Program-made: the position numbers and the translations under genes | Notes under the pieces: generated by a model | Database searches by the model: none | Told to the model about the DNA's origin: nothing | The model's input: the letters and a program-made list of their open reading frames with translations, nothing else | Shown here: piece by piece, positions 1 through 9,600 of the stretch | Layout: every line of letters begins with the position of its first letter | Numbering within the stretch: the stretch's first letter is position 1 | NCBI GenBank assembly: GCA_009602725.1 | Contig: WELB01000032.1 | Span: 358,225-378,224, forward strand | Source of the DNA: Spirogloea muscicola | Taxonomy: Eukaryota | Direction of reading: 5' to 3' | Length of the DNA: 20,000 nt

Positions 1-94
1 TCAGCATTCGGATTGAGTTTGAGGAGCCCTGACATTTTGGGCTCGGGGAGTTTGTGCTCGACATGACTCTGAACCCAGTTGCTCTGTCGTGCAG

Positions 95-301
95 GGGTTG
101 TGGCTTGGCGCGATGCTGGGGGACTTTGTGCAGGTGCTGGGCATCGGCTCGGTGGTGTACAACATGGACTGGGAACAGGAAGTGCGCACTGCGCGGCTGC
201 GGGTTGCGGGCAAGGAACCCACCGATGCTGAGCAGCAACCCCTAGTAGCTTCTGCGGAACAACTGTCTAGTGGGGCTAGTGAAGCCCAAGGGCTCCGCTG
301 A
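95..301 (+). CDS. Terminal exon of a MATE (DTX) family efflux transporter; the rest of the gene lies upstream of the window
   Basis: Acceptor tcgtgcag|GGG at 94/95, then GLWLGAMLGDFVQVLGIGSVVYNMDWEQEVRTARLRV...*. This matches the plant MATE C-terminal pattern GLWxGxxxGxxxQ...DWxxExxxAxxRV. Stop TGA at 299-301. Confidence 0.8.
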   Translation, partial: GLWLGAMLGDFVQVLGIGSVVYNMDWEQEVRTARLRVAGKEPTDAEQQPLVASAEQLSSGASEAQGLR

Positions 302-591
302 GTGAGAGTGAAATTGGCCACCTCTGACTGCAGGGCCCTTTCAGGTTTTGCCGTGTTAAGTCGTCAAGCGTACACGACAGGCGAGTGTTGACCTATTTGC
401 GCAGCTGATTTGTCAGACACTCACCACACAAATCTCAACAGGTTTACCCGCACAGAGCAATGCAGCCCCGCTCCAAAGAGCCGCTGAGTAGCTGGCATGG
501 CCGAAGCTTCGGTTGCACATAGCTCCTGTAGCAGAATGTGATCATTCTTTGCCAAATTGTGGCTTGCACCACTGTACTCTGCTCCGCATCA

Positions 592-649
592 GCAGCGAAA
601 GACAGCCCAAGGACAGGCTGCAGCGAAAGACAACCCAAGGATAGGCTGC
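592..649. repeat. 28-bp tandem duplication (2 copies, 2 mismatches)
   Basis: gcagcgaaagacagcccaaggacaggct (592-619) and gcagcgaaagacaacccaaggataggct (620-647). Confidence 0.85.
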
Positions 650-3060
650 GGCTGCTCAACAGAGGTTACTACTGAAGCAAGCCATTATGTTCCCAGAGGA
701 GCATCTCTGATGGGACGGAGCATTTGATGTCATACCATGCACTTACGCATGGCTATGAGTAAGACAAGTTGGCTGTTTGCTGATTTCGAAGCCACCCGGG
801 AAACACTTTCGAAAATTAGGTCGGATCACCGGTAGTCAGATCGCTGGCCGTGCAGACCTCATGTTGGCAGCAGTAGCCTATAGGCAGATGGAGGTGGCAG
901 TGATGGAGGCGGGCAGAAGCTACGGAAGACAAGCGGGTGCTGGGGGCGCTTGGTGATGAGCTCCATATTGGTGACGACGCCAGGGCGTCTCACAGTTTAT
1001 GTGGCCGATAATGAAGGGCCGCTCGGATGGCCGAGGCACTCTGGATGCCCGCACTTAGACGGTAGTGCTTGCGGCGGTGCAGTGAGACGACGATGGGCTG
1101 CGCTCCGTCCCTAGGAAGCAGAGCGCGGGTGAGGAGGCGACCCCACTCTGGCAACCAGAGCTGCCGAGTCACGGCCCAGCAGCAGGAGGTGGGCGGCCGT
1201 CCTCGAGCAGCGCACGCCGTGCCCCAGCGCGACGAGGCTCGCCAGTTCGCGACGGGCACAGCCCTTTCCGAGCGAGGCGGCGCAGCGCGGGTGGCTGTGG
1301 AAGCAAACAGCAGCCTGCTGAGTGCAAAAGAAGAATGCGGCTGCTGATATTGAAAGAGCGGCTGTGAAAGCCAGCCAGATGCATACAAAGAGAAAAGGAA
1401 GCTCTTCCAACTTAAGGTAGTGGCTGGGAAAGGCCAGCCCAGAAAGAATGGACAAGGTCCGAAGAGCCGAAAGGCGCCTAAACCACACAGCTATGCACGA
1501 GACTGCAGCGGAGGGGAGCTTAGTGACCCCAACAGAGGGACTTAGAAATGTATCTACACCCTGCAAAGCCGGAGGCTAGGCTAACATAGCCCTCACAGTG
1601 CCCCCGCATCTGCAGTGGAAATTTAAATAAGCTGGGGTTCCGAGAAAAACCCCGCTGCTCTTGCCAGACGAAAGGGCTCGTGATAGGGGCTGGAAAAGCC
1701 AGCCCAAAAAAGAATGAACAAAGGACGAGAAGGGGCCAGGGGAAGTACGAAGAACAACAAGCACAGAAACGAAGCAGCTACGAAACACTCAGTAACCCCT
1801 GCTAAGCAGCCTCAGGTCAGAGAGACTGGGTTCCTGGAAGCGGGTCCCCTGGCCAGAGCCAGAGGCAGCAGCGAGGGCTCTGCCTGCACGCAGGTGCAGC
1901 GCCAGAGGCTGCAAGGGCACGACCGGCACGGGGTCCAGAGCAAGCTATTGGAATCACCGGAGGAAAGAAGTGGCACTCCCAATGGGGGCAAGGGCTGTGA
2001 TAAGCCAGCCCGAAAAAGAATTGTAAAAGGTTCGAAGGGGCCTCCGGGGGTTTATGTAAAGATGCATTCGGTAGCACGACATAATCTCAAAAGCACTGAG
2101 CCACCAAAGAGTGCCGCATGCTGCCCGCGGCCCCGCTGGTCAGCTTGAGAGGCCAACCGGTAGGGGGAGGCGAGTCGCCGTAGCCACCAGACGCCGCACA
2201 CACCGGTCCGCACGGAATGAAAGGTCCAGAAGAGACGGCAAGCGGATAGCATGCAGGAAAAGAAGGAATCACAATGATGGCCCCTCAGTCACCCCTTGAC
2301 AGCAGCCGCAAGTCGGGAATGAAGCAGGAAGTGTAGAAAGAGAATCCTGTCTGTCAGGAGGCAATGGCTGTGGAAGGCCAGCGGAGGTGCCCAAGCCTTG
2401 GACCTTGTCCAATCCTTTTGGGCGCTGGCAATGGACGTGCACCGGGCAGTTGGCAGTTGGTAGCAGGACCCCCTGCAGCAGCTTGCGCAGTGGGCCATTC
2501 AATCGTCGTCAAGGACAGCGAGATGAGCCGCCCAGCTTCAATGCCGCCGGGTCGCTCGTCCAGGTGTTCCGCATGCATGGATCTCCATCATGTCAGCGAT
2601 CGGGTCATGCAGTGCACGTGCGGGCAGGCCGCGCTCTAATTGCTGCTTTTGGGGTCGAACCGGGTGAGAATTCAGCTGCTATTTACCCCGACTTGAGGCT
2701 GCTGGACGAGGCCGTGCGGATAATGCTGGAAGAAGAAAGACTCGTCCAGTAGAGGGCGATGGCTGTAATTGGCCAGCCCAGAAGAGGATGAACAAAGTTC
2801 GAAGAGGCTAGCGCACGTGATCGCATGCGCCCCTCCGAATGCCTCCAGCGATCTATGGCCCACGCCCTGCATCTGCGCGCTGGCCGTGCTCTAGCTGCAG
2901 CCACTGGCTTTCGTCAAGGAAATTGCAGTCCGGCGGCTACTCTTTCTGACTTGGGGCCGCACTCTGATCTGAGGAAGAGAGAAGGCGCGTGTTGCGCTTG
3001 AAATAAAAGCGTGGCCAATTCAAGCCCATACATTGTTCAGACAAAAAGTACTGCGAAGAA

Positions 3061-3324
3061 ATGGGGGCCTTGTCAACCCGTCCTACGACCACTTCTGGAG
3101 CTGCGGGAAGAGTGGGGCAGCAACAGTGGCAGGAGGGATGGCAGGTGTGGGAATGAGGGCCCGGAATGCCGATGAGGGCCTTGAAGACCTGTCCTTCATC
3201 CACTTCTGGAGCCGGTAGAGGAGCAGGGCAGCAGCAGTGGCAGGAGGTTGGCGGAGGGGGGAAGGAGAGCCGGAAAAGCCGATGAGGGGCCTTGACGACC
3301 CGTCCTGCGACCAGCTGCTGGAGC
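3061..3324. repeat. Degenerate tandem repeat, period ~110 bp, ~2.4 copies
   Basis: Units start at 3061, 3172 and 3282, each atg(a/g)gggccttg..(a)cc(c/t)gtcct....cca(c/g)....ctggagc. Units 1 and 2 continue gggcagca(a/g)cagtggcaggagg...ccggaa..gccg. Confidence 0.85.
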
Positions 3325-3456
3325 TTTTGGAAGTGATCATCCTCGGGGAAAGCTTTGCTTTGGGGGAGCGCGTTTTGGCCCCTTCGGACCTTGTCAATTC
3401 GTTTCGGGCTGGCTGTTCACAGCCCTCAGCCCCCTTTCTGGGCTGGCTTTTTCAGC

Positions 3457-3627
3457 CCCTATCCTCAATGGGCGAGCCCTTCTCCCCCTTTCTCTATGGG
3501 CGCGCACTTCTTCTTTGAGCCACTTTCTTGGTGCCGTCGGGACACAGCGCTTCAGGAAAGCGCTTCAGGAGGATCACTCCTCTCCCCCAGCAGAGACGAA
3601 GAAAGGGCTCGCCCATTGAGGATAGGG
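3457..3627. repeat. Perfect 25-bp inverted repeat with 121-bp spacer
   Basis: ccctatcctcaatgggcgagccctt (3457-3481) is the exact reverse complement of aagggctcgcccattgaggataggg (3603-3627). Confidence 0.9.
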
Positions 3628-3863
3628 AAAAGCAAGCCCAAAATAGCAGGAACACAGTACGAGAAGGGGGCCAGAGGAAGCGCTTAGAAAAACAAGCACA
3701 ACACGAAACAAAGCAGCTACGTAGGAGATGGGGCGATGGCTGTGAGTGGCCAGCCCAGAAAAGGGGGAGATCCGACCGGGAGGAGAAGCTGACGGCGCCG
3801 GGCCAGTGAGCGGCAAGGCATCCCGCCGGCGGCTGGGCGAGTTGCCGCGCACGCGGTTGCCGC

Positions 3864-3928
3864 GGCGCCGCGTGGCGCCTTGGCACGCGCGTCCGTGCCA
3901 CGCGGCGCCCCTCGCGCTCCACGTGCCA
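3864..3928. promoter_or_regulatory. Putative G-box/ABRE-like cluster upstream of the ACD gene
   Basis: 13-bp inverted repeat ggcgccgcgtggc (3864-3876) / gccacgcggcgcc (3897-3909), nested tggcacg/cgtgcca, and CACGTG at 3920-3925, about 250 bp before the ATG. Confidence 0.3.
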
Positions 3929-4165
3929 GGCCGAGCCGCCCGCCGCGACCGATGGCCGGCAGGCGGCGCCTGCGGAACGGCAAGATGACGGCGTGCCGTC
4001 AAGCAACGTTCTGCCCCGCCACCAGACCCGCCCACCGCCAGCGGCCCGCTTAGCACGCCGCAACTCGCGGCGCGCCGCGCGGCGCCGGGCTCGCCGCCGT
4101 CTTTGCCGTCGCCGCCGCCGCCGCCGCCGTGCCAGCTGAGAGCGCGCCCCGCCAACGCCGCGGGC

Positions 4166-6077
4166 ATGGCGTCCCTGCCAGCCGTCGGCGCTGCGAGCGC
4201 CGCGAAGCTGCCGCACGACCACGTCCTGCCCTTTGGCCTGCCAGGTACCCCACTTGCGTCCCGCCCGCCGCCACCGCCGCCGCCGCAGCGCCGGCATCCG
4301 CCGGGACGGGCTCCTCCTGCGGCGCGCGCAGCCATGCCCTTCGCAAGAAACCCCACTCCACGCTGCGTCCTCTGCTGCAGCCCTCAGCCGTTCGTTGGCG
4401 CTGGACGGCTTTGGCGGGCCTTGCGGCGCCGCTGGCGCCGCCGCCGCCAGCCGCCGTGGCACTGGCGTTAGCGTGGCCGCCTGCCAACGGTCCGCGTTGG
4501 GTGCCAGGAAGAAGCGCTCGTGTGGCTGACCCATGTAGCAAAACTGATGGGTTTCCTTTGTGGGCGCAGATGCCCTCTTCGACCTCGCATGGCCCAGCGG
4601 TCACATGGAAGCGCCGTCGGACCGCGCCGCCTCAGGCCTCACCGAGCTCGCCTCCAGCGGCGGCTTCAGCGGGGAGGCCACCAGCAGCAGCCAGCTCATT
4701 GGCGGCCACATTCTGGAGGTCTCGGACGACTTCATCCGCGCACTGGCTGTTTTGGGCAGCCCCGTGTCCGAGGCTGCTGCCGCTGCTGCGGCAGTATTGG
4801 CTGGCAGCAGCTTCAGCCGCAGCAGCTCCAGCACGAACCTTCAGGACCCGCTTGTATCATCAGCTGCAAGCCAGAGCTCCGTGACGGACTGGGCTGCTAC
4901 GGCGGCAGCCGCGGACCTGACAGCGGCGGCAGCAACAGCAGACCTCACAGCTGTAGCGGCTGTGTCAGCAGGCGCAAATGCCGGCCACCTCGCTTCATCC
5001 CCTCTTCCACCACCAGCGCCGCCCCTGGGCAAAGGCCAGGCTGTTTCGAGTCGTAATCTGGTGCTGCCTTTCGGTTTGCCAGACTGGTCCTTTGATCTCA
5101 ACTGGATGGAGCCGGAAGCAGGAACTAGTGTGGCAGCCCCGCCGACGCCTGCGCCCGCGCCGGTGTTCAACCGGTTGAGAAGCCCTCGCAGCGCGCTTTC
5201 AGAGCATATCGCTGAGCCGAAACGGCCACAAGCCTTGCCGCCCATGCCCGGCGGCACGCACACTCCGAGAGGCATGGCAGCAGCAGGCACGTCGCAAGCC
5301 AAGCCAGCAACAGTGACAAAGGCAGCTACTGGGAATGAAGGATCGCACAGTCCCATCCGGAAACGGCTTGTAGTCAAGCTGAAGGAGTTGGAGGTGAGCT
5401 GTGGTTTCTTCATAGCTATATGGCTGCCCGGGCGTGCGGGCGGCATCTACTTGCTACTGCATAACTGCAATTTGACGTTGAGTGTGTGGCTATGTGGGCA
5501 GGATTCTGTTTCCCTGCAGACAGAGCTGCAGATTCCGCACGGGAAGACCCTCAGCTTGGTTGTGGGCAAGGAGATGCTCTTCGACCGGCACGGCATTCCA
5601 CGCAAGATGGGGAATGTGCTGGCCGTTGGCTTTGAGGATTCGGATGTCCTTGACGAGGATGCTGCGTACGATTGCGAGGACAATGAGGCCTCGCCGACCG
5701 CGGAGGTGCATGTCCAGTCAGTGGCCAGCCGGCAGGAGGGAAGGGGAGGAGTGGTGGTCATCGATCGCATTCCCCTCCCTTCTGGCATCGACACTGACAA
5801 TGCTGTTGCCGCCTGCAAAGATGGCCTCCTGACCATCACCTTTGCCAGGGCGCGGCTGGAGAAGGCGCGCAAGGTCTCCAGAGGGGGGCGTGGGCATGGC
5901 GTGCCGCGGCAGGCAGCAGCGAGGTCAGGGCTGAGTGTGAGCTGGAGTAGTCAGCTGCCGACAACAATGGAAGAGGCCAGGTCGGTTGGAACCAGTGAGG
6001 GAGCGTTTATGCGCCGCTCACAGGTCACACGGCACAGCGCCAGGCGCGGGAGGCTGAATACCAAATTCAGGTTGTAG
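4166..6077 (+). CDS. Atypical alpha-crystallin-domain (HSP20-like/ACD) protein with long Ala/Ser/Pro-rich N-terminus, ~492 aa
   Basis: Exons 4166-4244, 4570-5393, 5502-6077 (GT-AG, frame conserved, 1479 nt). The C-terminal part has ACD hallmarks: VKLKELEDSVSLQTEL...GNVLAV...DRIPLPSGIDTDNAVAACKDGLLTITF. Splicing intron 1 recreates VLPFGLPDALFDLAW, matching the internal copy VLPFGLPDWSFDLNW. Confidence 0.75.
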
Positions 6078-6616
6078 GTGCATGCCTGGCGGGCATGCGA
6101 GAGGGCTATGCAAGAGGCCAGCCTGCATGTCATCTGGCACTACCTGCCCCATGGTTGACCAGAGCACTAGTTCAATATGCTTAGGGACAATTCAGTGTTC
6201 ACGTCAACATGTGGCAGCTTGGCACCTTTGGATCTTGCTTGCGGCCTGCTTGTCTTAAACCTGCAGTTTATCTTGGCTGTGTATAGAGCCAGAGCTTATG
6301 ACATGACGTAGCAACTTTTTGCAGTTACTGGGACTCCCACTCTGTAGTGCGCCAGTAATAGGCTCTGGAAGCCGGTAACAATCTTTGCAGTCAGTTTCTT
6401 AATACTTTCATACAACTCAAATGCATCACCCTATGTTCGTGAATGACCTTCCTCTGTTTGCAGTCTTATTCTTTGCTCGGTCGTGTTTGCAAGTTGGCCA
6501 CTTCACTCGTCCACTTAAGGCAGACCTAAATCCTCAGGGCAAGAATATCAAATGGCAGTATCTCATTTTATAATGTATGACAACACACGCCACAGACATG
6601 TTAAGGGATGAGAGTG

Positions 6617-9600
6617 TCAAGATGGCGACTGAAACTCTGAGAGAAGTTGAGAACCCAGGCTGTCATTGTCACCTATGTCATACACAAGATGTGCACACGT
6701 CAGCATGCGGGCCTGCTAAGTCCTGCCGGGCGAGGGGGGGGGTGTGTGGGGAAAAATCCAGTTGCAGCAGCCGACCAGTATATCAATGCTCCACTTCTCA
6801 AGCAACTAGCGATTGGGCCATCTGATTCAAGCCATCCTGTCCAAGTTTGAGAGAATTAGAGCTACCTGCGCCAAGGATGAGGACCACAATCTTCCCACGC
6901 TCCTTGAATGGATCAATCGCATAAGCCCTTAATTTCAATATCAACCACTTGAGGACATCCTCCTGCGGCAGCAGAATTACACCAGATTGCTCCGAGCGAC
7001 TGAGAAAGCGTGTGGATGCGGAGCACTGCTCCTGTATGGATTGGCTGCATAATATTTGTCCACCATAGGCAAGAAAATCCACAGAGCCTCGATCAGCCAT
7101 ACCTATCTTCATCAGACTTGCCACAAAAAGGCCTACCTGCTTAGGTATGTAGAGGGCAGGCGGCCCAATTACTGCATCCGCCAAGGCAGAGCCATCCACT
7201 CCAAGGATGTCTTCTTCACGTGCAGCATATACCTGTAGCAAGCCAGCTATTTGCTCAGAGTACGAATCTGCAATTCCATCATACCCGCGATAAATTTACA
7301 AGAGTCAACCATGCTGCTTGTGCGACCCACTGGTGGGGCACGGGAGGCTATTCGAAGCAGCCAGGACATCGACAGTGACCCCTAAGTAAGAGACTGCAAA
7401 GCGAACTTCAGACTACCTCTGTTATGATGACCCAGTCTGCGGCACTGAAGGCTGGTGCAAAATCTTTGAGCAGCTTCGCCAGGCGGCTGCCAGTGCCCAG
7501 CATAGAAAACGCTAGTCTTAGGCCTTCATGAAGAGCTTGCATTCAACATGGAGGCTTCGGTCATCCACGCCTCTAGCTGTAGGTTTCACAAGCCTCTCAC
7601 GACCTGTAAGAATTGAACCAATGGACCACAGGAGCTCTCGAACGTTGCTTGAGCGTATGCATACTTAGGGCTCAGAAGGGCAGACGCCTGTGATTGTGTA
7701 GACAGGCCCCCGATTGCCTACTTTCTGTACGGGCTCACTTCACCTGAATGTGTGGGGCTGGAAGATCACCCAGATGGGCTGCTGGTCAAATCTTTGCCTG
7801 GCCCCCTGCAGCGTTGCTCGCACCTCTGTGGGGTGGTGAGCATAATCGTTGATTATAATACAACTCTCCGTCTGGCCCAGCTGCTCAAATCTTCGCCGTA
7901 CGCCCTTGAAAATATTCAAGAACTTTGCTGCTCCTGCTGCAGCCCTCTTCATCAGGTCCAATCTCATCGACTCATCGCCAGCTATGCAGTCCCTGGATGC
8001 TAGTAGGGCAACCACAACGACAACCTGGCAAATTGGTACAGCAGCTTCAGTTTATGTGTCCTCTGGCAGATGTGGAAGGCCGAACTAATGAACCAAGCAT
8101 ACTAGCCATCTTGTGGAGTCAATACCTGAGGAGTTTGATGCCCACCGCAGTGAAACAGTGAGTATGGCATTGATGAATAACACCATGACAATCACTATGT
8201 ACTCAGTCTTTTGTTCCCACAATCAGGTAGTGAAGGTTTCTTCTAGGGGTTCACGCTCACCGCAAGAGAGTTAAGAACGTTGTGTGTGCCAGGCAGTGGC
8301 AGATTGACCCTCGCCATGGGCTGTCCTTCGTGAACCTGTTTCACTTTTGAGAACATTACATATCCTGTACTGACCTCCAATGCACGGGAGGCCACAATGC
8401 ATGCCTTCATCACGCCTCATGCTTGATGCTTGATGCATCAGGCAGGGAGAGAGGACACACCACAACATAGTCAGTTCCTCCCTGAGGATTTGGCACCAGC
8501 ATGCATGCCCTCCAATCATTGCCGTCGGATAGGCCGTAAGTGACAACATGCCGTCGACGTGTGTCATCCAGCCAAGGGGCACGCGTCTGTGCGGAGCCTG
8601 ATGTCGAGGCTTCTGTGCTTCCAACCTCTTCCTCTTTACTGAAGATCTTACTGAGACGCTTGGAGCCTGCGCTGCACACGCATGGATGACACAAATAGTA
8701 GCATGAGCGCCTGACGAGTCACTGGCTCTTTATACCAGAGTTACTGGCTCAGTATACCGAGTTGGCAAGGAAGCAGTGACATCAGCTTGAACGACAGCAG
8801 CACAAGCGCAAGCTGCAGGGGTAACCAGCCAGCTGCACAACTTAGTTATTGATTCAGATGCGAGTGCCACACCTGTCTCCACAGACAACCAGGGTGCCAC
8901 CTGGACGAAGCCTCCTGGCAAAGTTGAGAAAGGCTTCCCGCACAGCAGCCTGGTGATTGACACAGAGGTGATTAAGTACTGAGCTCAATACTGCTCAAAT
9001 CAAGCAGTGGTTCGATGTAGCCAAGAGTTTCTCCAGCAGAATGGATATTTAAGAACCTCAGTGGGGAAATAGTCGACATGCTCCCACTCCACATTTGTAA
9101 TCACTGCAATTGCAGGAGACAAACCGAGAAAGCAGCTGTCGTATTCGTCTGCCTGATGCCAAGCCCAGTCCATCAAGCACACAATCACATTATCTTGTCA
9201 AAGCTCTGGCAAGCAGCATGCATAGGACTACTGCAAGACGGCATGCCTGACGTCATCAGCAAGCAGCAATGCAGGCAGATGGTCAGTCAGTAACATTGCC
9301 ATTGTGATTTGAGTCAGCCACGTCAGACACACCTCCAATACAAACAAGGGCCCCTCACCAACCATGGCATTGCTACCACGCGGGAACTGCACAAAAATCA
9401 AACATCGAGAGGCAGGCTAAGGCTTCTATGAGGCTTCATGCACCAGTAAGCATCTCACGAACAGCCTGTTCTGTAGCTCTTTCCTTAGTAGCATGTCCTG
9501 TAATAAGTCATGACATTATGGAGAACAAAGGCCCCTAGGTGTTGCAGAGGATACATATCCGGCACTGATGGATGAGCAAGCATCTGCAATGCTTGCTTGC

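Larger units (their letters stand above)
1333..3760. repeat. Cluster of a short dispersed repeat family (GGGCTG-N7-8-CAGCCC hairpin core plus purine-rich tail) in a gene-free interval
   Basis: + copies at 1360-1376, 1422-1468, 1687-1737, 1992-2042, 2366-2382, 2761-2808, ~3621-3640, 3738-3760; - copies at 2394-2429, 3377-3425, 3434-3481. Confidence 0.85.

Noticed and set aside
700..1388. A gene downstream of the first 55-bp block, by analogy with murC and REIL
   Set aside because: Only short ORFs without recognisable motifs or a convincing exon chain. A non-coding or decayed transcript cannot be excluded.
1687..1705. Helitron 3' end hairpin or bacterial terminator
   Set aside because: No consistent CTRR terminus follows the hairpins, and a Rho-independent terminator is not meaningful in a nuclear context.
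3169..3300. Hammerhead ribozymes in the 110-bp tandem repeat (CCGATGAG) or at 1344 (CTGATA)
   Set aside because: The core is not CUGANGA and there is no properly placed stem II-GAAA.
1333..3760. CRISPR array or integron cassette array
   Set aside because: Repeats are diverged, irregularly spaced by hundreds of bp and in both orientations. There are no cas or integrase genes and no attC-type RYYYAAC/GTTRRRY ends, and the context is eukaryotic.
3494..4534. 346-aa Arg/Ala-rich minus-strand ORF and overlapping ORFs
   Set aside because: Antisense to the GC-rich 5' end of the ACD gene, low complexity, no domain; an expected artefact of stop-poor DNA.
4560..4569. GTG start of the 505-aa ORF in the track
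   Set aside because: It lies in the intron 1 acceptor region. The ATG at 4166 with splicing gives a better model.
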